A stretch of DNA of 63,964 bases, counting the filler, from Saprolegnia diclina VS20 (Eukaryota): NCBI RefSeq assembly GCF_000281045.1. It is 13 parts of 3 records of this genome, joined end to end, with 100 filler letters (N's around TTAATTAATTAA, not from the genome) between each part and the next. Parts side by side here need not be neighbours in the genome. Positions count along the whole stretch, not along the records: positions 49,993 to 51,823 come from NW_008246112.1; positions 51,924 to 54,318 come from NW_008246113.1; positions 54,419 to 55,805 come from NW_008246113.1; positions 55,906 to 62,833 come from NW_008246113.1; 9 more parts are not named here. One strand, 5' to 3'. Shown here one piece after another: positions 50,575 to 62,933 of the stretch. The position numbers and the translations under genes are program-made. Every line of letters begins with the position of its first letter. Within the stretch, counting starts at the first letter, position 1. Below the pieces are notes generated by a model. The model saw nothing but the letters and a program-made list of their open reading frames with translations. It did no database searches and had not been told where the DNA came from.

Positions 50575-51560
50575 GATGCTTCTGTATACATTGCTTAAAT
50601 CGTAATAGCTCGTGTTGTGTGAACTTTTGGAGTGGACAAAGTGGGTGTTCGATCCATGGGCAAGCTCATTTTATATCCCTAAGTTCAAAGATACTCTGTG
50701 GAATTGTCGCGGTCGCCTGTCGTGAGCACGGACATGTCGACGTCGGATCAGCTTTGGCAAAAGGGTGCGAGAGCTCACTCCCGACGGCGCCAATTCGAGG
50801 CGTGAGCCCATGGAAGAATACCAGCTTGTTCCTTTGGTCGATCGATCCCTGCATAAACCGAGAGGGTTACGTGATCGAGCCACGAAAATTGCCTCTTTCT
50901 CATGGCACCTTGAGGATCAGAAGAAATAGGGTAGTATTGAATACCTCAACGCACCGTCCACGGTTGAGGATACGGATGCTGTGGACACGTCGGTCAAAAG
51001 GCGCGAGGAGCACTGGGCTCTGGGTGTTGAGGTTCATCCTTGGTTTCTCGCCCATGAACCCTTGTTTCAAAAATTGAGCCATCGATTACGACGGCATTTG
51101 GTTGGCAACGTGTGTGCACAGAGTAGGACGGAGAGGGGGAAGCGGCCCTTCTTTTGGGTTCAATTTTCGTCGGACGTGGGCAAAGGCAGTCAACGTCGCG
51201 GGTTTTCTGCGCCTTGGATGGCGCGGGCGCAAGCAAACTGCTGCAAAGAAGCTGGGCACCTACACTTTTCATCCCGCAACTCAGATCCACGGAATGCTGT
51301 GGTTTTCATATGCCGATCAGATGGGTATTTTAATGGGGCCCCCTACCTTCTTCTGACGGGTTTCGACCCAAATGCGCCCTTTCTGCTCGACCACCCCCAT
51401 CTCAGATGCCACCACGTGGCACGTGTCTTTTTGAAGTTGATGCGAGACCGCACACACTCTTGGCTCGTGCATTTGGGTTCATTTTGTTGAACCACTGGTA
51501 CGTTGCCAAGCTCAATCTCAATCACAAGTCTCACTTTGCATTTTTCGACGACGTGCACAC

Positions 51561-51823
51561 ATGGACTCGCCGAAGGACCCGCACGCCAAGTACGAGCCGG
51601 CGACGACGCCAGCGTACGACGAACCCGCGACCAAGAGCGCGCCTCTCGGTGAAGACGACGAGGCCAAGCACGTGCTCGAGTTTGCGGCCATCACCAACGG
51701 CCTCGAGTACCCGCAGATCACGCTCAAGGCGCTCATCGTCGGCACGATCGTTGGCATCTTTGTCAGCGTCCTCGCCATGTACTACAGCCTCAAGATCGGT
51801 GTCACGCCGTCGCTCAACGTGCT
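51561..51823 (+). CDS. Second OPT/YSL-family transporter, N-terminal part, truncated by gap
   Basis: PQITLKALIVGTIVG...MYYSLKIGVTPSLNV; INR/FPR-like TCTCACTTTGCATTTTTC just upstream. Confidence 0.85.
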
Positions 51824-51930
51824 NNNNNNNNNNNNNNNNNNNNNNNNNNNNNNNNNNNNNNNNNNNNTTAATTAATTAANNNNNNNNNNNNNNNNNNNNN
51901 NNNNNNNNNNNNNNNNNNNNNNNATCTATC

Positions 51931-51970
51931 TAGCGATCTAGCGATCTAGCGATCTAGCGATCTAGCGATC
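51931..51970. repeat. Tandem repeat (TAGCGATC)5 at contig edge
   Basis: Read directly from the sequence. Confidence 0.9.
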
Positions 51971-52342
51971 TAAGTGCAGGCCTTGTAGATGACCGTCTTA
52001 CCTTACTCGATGTTTGTTGACATGGCGCGCCGACTGATAGCCGGGTTTCAGAGCATAGCCTAGTATAGTGCAGAAGTACGTAGTGCATAATTCAACTGCG
52101 TACTCTTGTCGTACTACGTTGTGACGACTGCTATCTGCCGCGACGGTTCCGCACAACACCTCTACACAGTCGCAAGACAAGAAATTGTATCCCGTGGATG
52201 GAGCCGATCCTCGGCTTCATCCACGGGCTTCAAGGCGCCGAGAGCCGCGGTTTACCCATATGCGTGGATCGGTTTCGAACGGCAAGCACAACAGTGGCGA
52301 TGGAATGGGCGCGAACCCAACCATCCTTTGTGCATTACGACA

Positions 52343-54318
52343 TTAACATTTCGAGCTACGAAGTTTGAGCGCTGTCGTCCTTTCGGGCGTACGCTGAGTC
52401 GACTCGATCGACGCCATCTCGACGGTGTTGGTTGACCACCCGACGTCCACCACGCAGTTGTTGCTGGTGTCGAGCACAAGGTCAATGCGTCTTTGGAGAT
52501 CAAGCAGCTCGTTTCTTGAGAGCTCATTGTTTGGCACACGGGCATCCGCAATGACGAGTCGATCGCCACAAGACACCAGCGACGAGATACGGTCGATGCG
52601 ACGACCGTGGTCGCGGTCGATCCACGAAAGCTGCGCCATCTCGGTCACGTCTGATGCTGTCATCTGCAGCGGCTTGGCGAGAAGCATTGCGTCGGGTGGG
52701 ATCCCAAAGACTCTTTGAATCTCGAGCAAAAGCAGGTCCATCCAATGCGCGCCAGGCGACAGCGGCGGAAACACAAGCTCCATCTCGCGGCCAAATGTAA
52801 GATGCGCTCGGTCAAAGAGAATGATCGAGAGAGGCGTGTGGGCGGCGCCAAGCCTCTCGGGCGACTCTAGCATCTGGACGGCAAACGACCGGTTCTCGTA
52901 CAGTGACATCGGTGAGGCGTCACCAAGCGTGCCATCGTCGGACAAGACGCGCTGGATGCGGCGCGAAGAAACGTCGCGGAGCCGAAGGTGCTTGGCGCAA
53001 TGGTGTGTGCGCTGAAGAACGGCGAGGATGCTGGCCTTCACCTCGCTCACAAGTGTTGTAGCGGAGACGACAAGTGTAGCGCAGAATGCAAGCTCGTCGA
53101 CGTGGTGCAATGGTAGCAGCACGGTCGTCGTCTCAATATGTCTGGACGTGTGGAGATGGACGTTGACTCTAAACTCACCAGCACGCAGCGGAGCCCCGAG
53201 CTCGATCCACACCGTCGATTGGTTCAAGAGGGCCAAGTATTTGAACGACACAGCAAGGTGCTTCAGCTCGCCCCCCGTCTCTTTTGAGCGACGCAGCTTG
53301 AAGGTCTCGGGTCGCAGCTCGAAAAACGTGCACAGTTGATCCTTGAGCACCCGAAGCGGTTGTCGGCGGTCGACGGTGAACAACCAGCCCATCGCGTCAC
53401 CTTCGACGGTTTTGGCGCGCAGGAGCGTTGGCTCCTTCGTCTTGACTTGAAGGGTGATCGAATGGGCGCGGGCCTCAAAAAGCGTTTTGGCCAGCGACGG
53501 CGATGACGCCAGATCGTCGACGGCTTCGACGTAGATGCTGTGGCCATCACGAAGCATCAAATTGCCGCAAAGTGTCTGCTGCAGCGTCGTCGCGTCGTTG
53601 GTCGGGTTGAGAACTGTCGTCGAAATGGACCAGTAGCCCGACGTGCGCATCTCGAGCAGCCGCATTTGGTTGCGATCCATTCTGAGCTTGGCGCTGAGCA
53701 GCGAGAGCAAGTCGTCGAGTCGCGCGTTACCCGGGAGCTGCACAAGCTCGGGCGGCTCTGTAAAATGCTCGGGCATCGCATCCGTTGACGGGACATATCG
53801 ACGCACGAGCAGTGTCAACGCCGTAGGGTCATATGCCGTCCACGCTTGGTCAGTGGTCGGTCGGACCTCGAGATACAAGCTGCATACCGAGTCGATCGAC
53901 AGCTCGACCAGCGAGCAGTGTTCGCGTCCGTCGTACGTCTCACGCGGCAATGCCATGGAATCGGAGTAGGCCCGTAGTCGGGCACAGTCCATTGAGACAC
54001 ACAGCTCAAAACGCGCGACGGCCTCAGCCGTCACGTCGGCGAGCGTAGCGTACTTGGAGACGTGTAGCATGTTGTGACTGATGTCGCAGAAGATTTTGAG
54101 CTGGATCGTGTTTGCGAGGTCGGCCTTTCGCTTCGCATCTACGATGCGGCGGGCGTCCCGCGCCATCTCTTCGCGTTGCAACTCGGCGTGTACAAGGTCG
54201 ACGAGCCAAGAGGGGACCTTGGAAGGACACTGGATCTTGCGAGAGGCGTCGACCTGGCGGTACTGCAGCAGGTAGGCACACGGTGCGCGCGTTGCCTCGT
54301 AGTAGCCGGGGTTAGGGG
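52343..54318 (-). CDS. Ubiquitin-specific protease (USP47/USP7-like), C-terminal region with ubiquitin-like repeats; 5'-truncated
   Basis: End of catalytic domain 'AYLLQYRQVD' followed by a coiled segment and repeated Ubl-like units (ARLRAY, QMRLLE, FKLRR, HLRLRD); open for more than 600 aa. Confidence 0.65.
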
Positions 54319-54418
54319 NNNNNNNNNNNNNNNNNNNNNNNNNNNNNNNNNNNNNNNNNNNNTTAATTAATTAANNNNNNNNNNNNNNNNNNNNNNNNNN
54401 NNNNNNNNNNNNNNNNNN

Positions 54419-55700
54419 GCACGTTGACATTGTCATCGAGAAGTGCCTCGACCAGCGACGTCCAGCCGCGCTGACTGGCCAGGTGCAGTGCCGTGTTGCT
54501 CTTCTACATGACGATCGAAGGTTAGGGTTCCATCGAGAATGCCATCAAGACCGCGTCGGGCGCGTCACGCCGCAAATGGGGCTCGCGAAGAAGACGGTTT
54601 GCCGTGGTGGCATCGCTGAGATACGTGATGGCTTGGTGCAGGGGCGTCGCACCGCCCTACACCTTTGTGAGAACGTCCTAGCGCGTGCTCGGAGGTTCAA
54701 CGTGTGCTGGGACGTTGATGTCATCATCCGGGATGCTCAGGAACAGCTCGAGAAACGTGTCGCTTTCGTTGGTAATGGCGAGTGCAAACGCTGTTCCTTG
54801 GTACTACCACGGACGCTAGCATGCACTTCCTTCTAAACGTCGAACGGACCGTCATCAAGCGACGTCGGTCGATGCGCGGGTGACGCAGGAGCATCGTCAC
54901 GAGGTCCACGCGGTCGGCGAGGACCGCTGCGTGCAGCAGCGTCTGGTCATGCTAGTCGACAGCTGAGCATTGATAACAGCCCAAGGATGTACGAGCGTTG
55001 CATTGATATCCACGCGCGGGTCCTGCAGCAAGACGACGACACTCTCCCAGTGGCGGAATTCGACCGCGCGCTGCAGCGGCGTCATGTCCTAGTCCTCCAG
55101 CGGATGACAATGTCAATAACGTCACCGTTGTGTCACATAGTACATCGACCGACGCGTTCCAGTCCACGCGCGGGTGGTGGAGAAAGAGCGAGAGCATCTC
55201 GGTCAGGTGAGACTCCGAGCAAAGCGCGATGAGCAAGTTGTAGCGGTCCTGGCAGGTTATTGGCGACCGGCGCGAGTGAGACACAAAAGCGTACCGGTTG
55301 CAGCGCCATGGGATCTGTCGTGGGGTGGCCGAGCAGCTGCGTGATCAAACCACGCGCGCCACGCTTACAAAGCGTCCACAAGAGCGTTGGCGACGCCTGC
55401 TCTAGCGTGAGACGATGGCAGAGAGAAGAAGCTATGGACCTTGGCCACGTCGAGGGTCGGATGCAGCAGCAAGCACGCGACCATATCAACATGGGCTTCG
55501 CCGCACGCTACGTCGAGCGGCGTCGCGTCGGCCTACGCGACCGCCAGCATGAGCTACGGAAGCATCGTATCTCGACCTCGTTGCGGGCGTTGACGTCGGC
55601 GCCATCGGCGAGCGCAGCAGTGACGCGTGCCAGATGCGCTCGGCCGTCGGGTGCAGAAAGGCCACGTGCATGAGTGCCGTGTTGCCGTCCTAGCGTATAT
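54419..55700 (-). CDS. Ankyrin-repeat protein, multi-exon, 3'-truncated
   Basis: TALMH.A, LLADGADVNARN, TPLDVAC..AHVDMVACLL, TPLQRAVEFRHWESVVVLLQDPRVDIN, TALHLASQRGWTSLVEALL...VNV. Confidence 0.75.
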
Positions 55701-55905
55701 ATTGCGATATATCAACATGGAAACAGATGACAATATCGTACATCGTCGACCGCGTTGAGGTCGATCGTGGGCTGCGACAGCAAACACTCGACCATCGCTT
55801 CGTTGNNNNNNNNNNNNNNNNNNNNNNNNNNNNNNNNNNNNNNNNNNNNTTAATTAATTAANNNNNNNNNNNNNNNNNNNNNNNNNNNNNNNNNNNNNNN
55901 NNNNN

Positions 55906-56781
55906 GCAGCCCTTCTTACGGCAGATGCAGCAGCCGACCTTCTCGTAGCCTTCCTTGCACTTGGGGTAGCAGAGCGCCCCGTAGGCCTCCTCGCCGTCCA
56001 AGCACTGGTTGACAACCGGCGTGCCAAAGCCACGGCCAACGCCGTCGCGGATGCACACCTTCGGGTTCGGGTCGAGCGTCAAGAGGAACTGCTGGAGCAC
56101 CGACTGGATCGCGTTCGTGATGGCGACGCCGTCCTTGATGTCGATGCCACCGCCTTGGACAATCGCCTTGATGTCGTCGACGATCTTCTTGCCGTCCTTG
56201 AGGTTTTTAAGGCCGTGGTTCCACGCGGTTTCGAGGTGGCCAAGAATCGACTGCGTGAGCTCGGGCGTCAAGCCGCCGGCCGCGATGCGCTGGAGGTCCT
56301 TGACGATCGCTTCAAAGTCGGTACGAAGCTCGGCACCCATGGCGTACGCCTTCTGGATGTCGTCGGCGAGCGTCGAGTTGGTCGGCATCTTGGTCGGGAA
56401 GTAGAGCTGGACAATCTTCTGCAGCGCGGTCGAGATCTCGGCCGCGTCCGTCGGCGTGCCGCCGTTCTGGAGCAGGTTCTTGATGTTTTCAAGGATCGTC
56501 TTGGCTTGGGCAACGTCGCGGACACCGTGGCCAATCGCGCTCTGCAAGTGGCCGAGCGCTTGCTGGACGAGGTCGGGCGTGAAGCCGCTGGCCTTGATGG
56601 CCTTGAAGTCGTTGATGAGGTTGGTGATATCGAGTACGGCGTCTTGGCCGAGCTGGACGATGACGGGGATGTCGGACGCCACGCCGGCTTCGGGCACCGA
56701 GACGTTGGTCGTCGTCGTGGGCTGGGCGGACGCGACGGCAAGAACCGCAAGCGCAAGCGTCGAGAGCGAGAAAAGCTTCAT
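55906..56781 (-). CDS. Secreted protein with two helical repeats and Cys-rich (GRG.G / LCYPKC..GY) domain; 3'-truncated
   Basis: Signal peptide MKLFSLSTLALAVLAVASA; LDPNPKVC.R.GVGRG.G...CLDGEE.YGALCYPKCKEGYEKVGCCICRKKGC. Confidence 0.85.
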
Positions 56782-57549
56782 GCTGATGGTAGTGTAAATG
56801 CGTCCGAGACTGCAAATGGAAGAATGAGGCGAGCCAACCCGCCCAAACTACCGACGTTCCACTGTCTACCCATCCGGTTGGCCGCGTTGCGTGAACAGCG
56901 AGTTGGTAACCTGTGATTGACAGATCGCTGTGTGTTTTTGTTATCGGGAGCAGAGGCAACTGCGCACTGTTTACCTAAACCCGTGGTACTGCGCGGCGGA
57001 CGGAAACAGTGCAGACTGTAACGCCTTGATACACTGTCGGCGAATGACGATGCTGCCCATCCTGCTTGACCTCGTGCATCGACCCCGTAGGTTAGAGCTT
57101 GGTGTTAAAACGCGGTGATCGAGTACCGAAGCGGTGGTACTTGAGAAGCTACCCATAAGTGTCTTTTGCGCGTCGTTACCTGGATCAAGATAAGGGTGAT
57201 CTGATGCGTTGGCAGCTGCGTCGTGGGGACGACAGGGGAGGAGGTTAAGAAAAAGTACAAGTCGGGCGTTTCTAGTCGTTTTAAGATACGTTCATGCTCA
57301 TCAGTGTCGGAAAATCAGCACCACGGTTGCCCTTCGCAGGGACACGCCTTGCATATGATAAGTGTCCTGCCTAGTTCCGGCATGAAACGACTCGAAAGAC
57401 TATACGTGCTGGATGTTCAGATGTTCCATAAAATACTAGTTCACATTGAGAAGAAGCCACGAAGGCGTTGTGGTTGAAAGATACTCCTTGAAAAACATCC
57501 GGAGTTGAAACGCGTGGTACAAAATTAGCCCTACCCCGGACCCATTTCA

Positions 57550-58600
57550 GTTTTCTGATTTTGCGTGAGTTGCACGTTGCGGCGGCCACATACCACGGCC
57601 GCTCCAGATTAGTCCGCGATTACACGCACACATATACACAGAGCAACGATGACGGCATTTGTAGGATTTTGTACAGAAGGGAAGAACACACCAGTCTACT
57701 CGGTCTACATGACCGCCCACGAAAGTGCGAACCACACCATACACATTCCGCAGCAAGTGTAGAAAGCGTCGTGGAGCACCCGATGCACATGCTAACGACA
57801 TACGACACGGCGGGTGCTCGATCTATAGAGACGTTTGGGTTGCTTTTGTCGGCGCATAAACGAGCCAAAGCCGATCTTAACCGCGTGGCATCGCACCCAT
57901 GTCACGCCCGCACCCGTGCGTTGATTGTTCACTTGAAGAAAAATTGTCGAATGTCAACACATGGCTCGGTAAGCACATACGTATACATTTGGGCAAATGG
58001 AATCGAGATTGCGTGCACCACGGGCAAAATGTCGTTATCATCTAATTGGTTCCATGAATTGGTTCTACCAAGGCCATAAACCTTGGTTCTACTTGACGAT
58101 TTGAGCTCGATCCTTGCATTCAGTCCGTCCGGAGGAGTATAGTAGCTGCCTCCCAAATGAAAGCGCGACGGTAAGTGAGGAGCCATCCTTGGAAACAGAC
58201 AAGGGTAGCGCCATTTGTCGCCAGATGTGTCTTGGTCAAGAACATTCCAGCACCGTTCTCCGCTCGAGGTGGCCAGGCTATGCTGCCTGCTATGTCTGTG
58301 GCAATGCCTTGCTTCTTGCTCGTGGCCTTGATCGCCGGGCAGTCGAGTCTTGCTGCGGCAGACATCGTGAAGATTCGGACCGTCCGGTTCAGCGTGGCAA
58401 ATTGCAGGCATCTCCATGGGCACGGCCGACAGCGTATCGTCCGACCTTCGCCAGCAAGCCCTACCGGTACCTCCCTGCCGAGCAGTGTCATGGGTGTGGC
58501 GCGGATCCAAGAGTGTAGATATCTATAAGTACTTATATGCTAATACATGCAGTGTATGCGCAAGGCCATCTCCCGAGTGCGAGCGCTGCAACTTCGACGA
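57550..58600 (-). mobile_element. Possible highly degenerate piggyBac-like transposase relic
   Basis: Ordered fragments 'IATD.AG', 'DKW...LF...RF', 'SHVLTFDNFSS', 'GG-VDRVD' resemble piggyBac DDD motifs; many stops and frameshifts; no TIRs found. Confidence 0.3.
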
Positions 58601-59223
58601 CCGAGCTGTATCCGCGTCGGCTCTGCCATGCCAGTGGTGTGCAAAACGAGTTTGTTTCTCGTCGGACACTGCACTTTCGGAAAGATGGAACGAGCGGGCG
58701 AGTTCTGCCCAATGGCGTTGTGTCCTTTCAAACTTTTGCATTTCTGTTCTTCTTGCCCTTTCACACAAATTCTCTTGCACTAACTTAGTTGGAAACGCCA
58801 CGCCAAAAGCCTGCGCTTTGCTGACTAAAGGAAACGAGGCTACGAGAACGTCGTCAGTGCATCTGCCGCAAGAATGGCTGCAGCGCCGTGGCCGTGCTAG
58901 TACCGGCAACCTCGCGGGCTCCAGGCCCAAGCGTATGGCCGCCGTATCGGCAACGCGCTCAGCCATCATAACACATGCAGGGCCGAATCGAAAACCCTGG
59001 TGCGGTGTAAATAACATTGCCTTTTTCCCAGCGTCGGCTACTGGATCTGCTCGCCTCACCTGCTGGCTGGCACCGACACCTACGGCACGTTCTACCGCAC
59101 GAGTATCGATAGCCGCAGTGTTGGCTTCTCTCGCGCCTCATATGCCCAAATAACTTCTAGAGCGCTCTAGACGGCGGGGCACGGTTTGTAGGAGTGACTA
59201 CCGCAGTGCAGACCTCCACCCGG

Positions 59224-60031
59224 CCTCGATTCCATCCTACCGCGACATAGTTTGCGTTACGGCGGGTCCCATGTATGCGCCGAGATCCTTGCTCGATAGC
59301 CAAGGTTGTCATGATGGCGCCANNNNNNNNNNNNNNNNNNNNNNNNNNNNNNNNNNNNNNNNNNNNNNNNNNNNNNNNNNNNNNNNNNNNNNNNNNNNNN
59401 NNNNNNNNNNNNNNNNNNNNNNTCGTGGCGTAACTTCCGCCACGAAGGCAGATTGTGAACTGAGACTATGGAGGCCAGCGTTGTGGATAGAACGATAGGC
59501 TGTGCCAGATGAGACCTTCGTCAAGAGGCTCTATGATGGGTCATAGCATGTAGGGTCGCTACCGGGTATCATCCGCATATGGCTCCTAGCACTATCCTAT
59601 CTACACCACGCACACAGGCTACCCAGACTCTAGGCTACTCGCTTCCTGGAGTCATAACTCTCCAGCGATACACGCTTGCATCGGCCTGGCATGGCTTGAC
59701 CAAATCAGACACAACAATCTGCAACACAGCCTTGATTCCATCCTACCGCGACATAGTTGGTATAACGGCGGGTCCCAGGTATGCACCGACAAGGGCTAAA
59801 AATTTCAACTTTCGGCGCCGAGATCCTTGCTCGACGGCCCAGATTGTCATGATGGCGCCAAAAGAGTCATACACGCAAGAGGACCGTGGTATCTCGACGG
59901 GTGATCCAGCCCTTTTACGCTCAAGAGCTTCCTCCAGCGCTGTACGCACAACGCAGGCGACCTACACTTTTCGCGCTTTGCACGTAAGTTCCCTAAAACC
60001 TTACCACGAAAAGTCGTTTGTGGCTTTTTAA
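59224..60031 (+). mobile_element. Gypsy integrase C-terminal relic, partly duplicated (59224-59322 resembles 59730-59860)
   Basis: ORF 59579..60031 ends in 'LHVSSLKPY', like the FHVS.LKPY motif after gypsy integrase; a diverged copy with a ~30-bp deletion lies before the gap. Confidence 0.4.
59323..59422. other. 100-N scaffold gap without linker
   Basis: Plain N run, unlike the other 12 gaps. Confidence 0.95.
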
Positions 60032-61115
60032 GTTACAAGATGACATTAACCGAGATTTTCAACCGCGTTAGCTAGTTTTTCGAACACAAAGGCGCGCGGA
60101 CAGATCGTGTAGAGAGTGGGTGGATGGCAATGGGATATGCAACGCACGACGCTGCAGTGCGTTTTGGTGACCGCGTAGCTCGTATCGTCGTTGTCGTTGA
60201 AGTGCGATCCCGATGGTTGGAGCACCGTACACTTCTTGTCGTTGGCCCTTTTCCACACCAGTACCATGCGATGCGATTTTTGTTGTTGAAGTGTGGTTTT
60301 TGGGTATCATTTACCGGCTTAGTAGATCGCTGTCGATGAAAACAAGGCTATGTACACGAAATGGTCAAGGCGTTTTGTTCACTGTGGTGCGGACAGCCAA
60401 GGCCAGAAGGAAATGCGATCACGGAGCGAGCACCGAATTTTAGGTGCTGACGGACTGAGAACCCAACAACAGTGCGTTGTCTGCTGCGCCGCGATCACTG
60501 CAAGGGGTCGTGTCGTCGCGTGCCTCGGATGGTCTGTACCAAGGTGCATCTACAGCCACGTATACGGGACACGTACCCTCGATCAAGAGCATCTGGGTCG
60601 TGCATGGGCGATCCATTTGTTGTGCATTGATAGAGAGGCACAAGCAGGCAGCAGCAGACGTCTTTTCAAACCACGGATACCAATCGTGGCAGCCACGTAC
60701 AAGATGCAAGTTGTATTCCGACCATGACCCTCATGATAAGGATATGTTGGCTGTACACGCAAACATGGACGTTGTAGCGTCGCCACGCCCCCTCTATGGC
60801 CGTCGGCGGCTCTCTACGGCCAGCGCCTGCACTGGATAGAACCGTTTGGACATTGCGAGATAGCATCTTCCTCTTCTCGGTCCCACACTCACCACGTCAG
60901 CCACGTTGTCAGTTGTTGGCAATGTCGGTGCAACATGGTCGAGAGCCAGCATACTTGTAGCACCTACTGGCACCCACGCGCCTTCGCTGAACATTCCATG
61001 CGTGCAAGGCCGCGCACACTGCCTCTCAACGACCGTGTCTGTACGTCGCACCGTCTGTCGTACCGCAAGCCATCGCTCCGCGAGTGCTCACTTTTCAATT
61101 TCCACCATTTCCACC

Positions 61116-62444
61116 ATGCAACTCGCATACCTCCTTGCTTGCCTCGCGGCGCCGGTCGCCATCTACGCGCAGCCCGAAGCCGGCGACATGGCGTCGACGC
61201 TTCGTCTCGTCGATGGCAACATTGCGCAGCTCATTGCGGACATGCAGACGATCGCCAAGGACGGTCTCAACGAAACACTGCGCGAGAGCATCAAGGTCAA
61301 CCTCGAGCAAGCCAACGCGGTCGCGCTGCACAACTTGAACGGCAGCGAGGTCATGCTCCAGGACGTCGCGCGGGTCACCAAGCCGTCCAAGCTCGAAGCG
61401 TTCGACCCGGCGCAGGGCATTGACATTGCCAACGGCGTCCAGCAAGCGGTCCAGCAAGTGCTCTCGCTCTTGGATCCGAACCCCAAGGTGTGCATGCGCA
61501 AGCCTGTCGGGCGTGGCGTCGGCACGGTGCTCTCCAACCAGTGTATCGCGGGCGAAGAGCCGTGGGGTGCGCTCTGCTACCCCAAGTGCAAGGAAGGCTA
61601 CGAGAACGTTGGCTGCTGCATCTGTCGCAAGAAGGGCTGCGGTGTTGACGGCGTCACCGACATTGGTATGTCGTGCACCAAGCCCAAGGCGTACGGCCGC
61701 GGTGCCGGCTACGCGATCTGGAACCAAGACAAGTGCAACCGCCAAAACAAGCAAGGCTGCGAGAAGAACGGTCTCATGTGGTACCCCAAATGCGAGAAGG
61801 GCTACCATAACTTTGGCTGCTGCATCTGCACCCCCGACTGCCCCGCGGGTTCGCACGACGACGGTGCCTTTTGCCGCAAGGACCACTATGGCCGTGGCGT
61901 CGGTGTCTCGCGTCTTGGCTGCAACGGTGGCCTCGAACAAAGCGGGTTGCTCTGCTACCCCAAGTGCGACGAGGGCTACATGGGCCTCGGCCCGCTCTGC
62001 TGGCCCAAGTGCACGGGTGAGACGCCGTTCCGGTGCGGTCTTTTCTGTGCGTCGTCGAGTGCGACCTGTGCCTCGAGTACGGTCGAGATTGTGGGCGCCG
62101 CGGTCAAGGTGGCTCTGAGCATTGCTAGCGAAGATGTTGTCGGTGCGATTGCGACGACCGTCCAAGTCGGGAAGAAGCTCATCTTTATGGACAAGTGCCC
62201 GTCGCCGTCGCCGTTTGCCCCGACGATGTCGCCGTTGACGCCTGCGCCGACTGCTGCACCGACGACGACCATTGCCACGACGTCTGCTCCGACAACGGCT
62301 GCGCCCACGACGGCCGTTACCACGACATCGGCTCCGACGACGGCTGCACCCACGACGACTACTCCGACGACCACTGCGCCGATGACACCGGTGGCGACGA
62401 CGCCGGCGCCCTCGAGCACGGACGCGCCGTACCCCGCGTATTAA
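61116..62444 (+). CDS. Secreted Cys-rich repeat protein with one helical N-terminal module and Thr/Pro mucin-like tail; paralogue of 55906..56781
   Basis: Signal peptide MQLAYLLACLAAPVAIYA, preceded by INR/FPR GCTCACTTTTCAATTTCC; three GRG.G...C...E..G..(C/W)YPKC..GY repeats; TTAAPTT repeats at the C-terminus. Confidence 0.9.
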   Translation: MQLAYLLACLAAPVAIYAQPEAGDMASTLRLVDGNIAQLIADMQTIAKDGLNETLRESIKVNLEQANAVALHNLNGSEVMLQDVARVTKPSKLEAFDPAQGIDIANGVQQAVQQVLSLLDPNPKVCMRKPVGRGVGTVLSNQCIAGEEPWGALCYPKCKEGYENVGCCICRKKGCGVDGVTDIGMSCTKPKAYGRGAGYAIWNQDKCNRQNKQGCEKNGLMWYPKCEKGYHNFGCCICTPDCPAGSHDDGAFCRKDHYGRGVGVSRLGCNGGLEQSGLLCYPKCDEGYMGLGPLCWPKCTGETPFRCGLFCASSSATCASSTVEIVGAAVKVALSIASEDVVGAIATTVQVGKKLIFMDKCPSPSPFAPTMSPLTPAPTAAPTTTIATTSAPTTAAPTTAVTTTSAPTTAAPTTTTPTTTAPMTPVATTPAPSSTDAPYPAY

Positions 62445-62933
62445 GTTCATCCACGTCAGTACCGGTTGTGTATGCACTGTAGACGATGATGTGATTCTTA
62501 ATGTAGCGTCCGTCTTTTCCGAAATTTCTTTGTATTCGCACTAGGGTTGGGGTTGTCCACGGCGTGTTGCAGCGTCGACACACTACTGTAGTCGATCAAC
62601 TGAACACAAGGGCTACAGGCGACGCGTTCGAAAATGTCTACAGCCCTACTGCAAGTACTATCGGACTCTACGTCGTAGTATGGTACACCATTGGCATGCT
62701 TGCGCGTCATAATCATAGAGTGGGGCCACGCAGTCGACAGGCGGCGCGTCATACAGTACTGTCTGGTATGGCTTCATTATAGTAAGCTTGCTTGAGATAA
62801 AACGACTCGATTTGCACACTTTAGTTTCCAGTCNNNNNNNNNNNNNNNNNNNNNNNNNNNNNNNNNNNNNNNNNNNNTTAATTAATTAANNNNNNNNNNN
62901 NNNNNNNNNNNNNNNNNNNNNNNNNNNNNNNNN

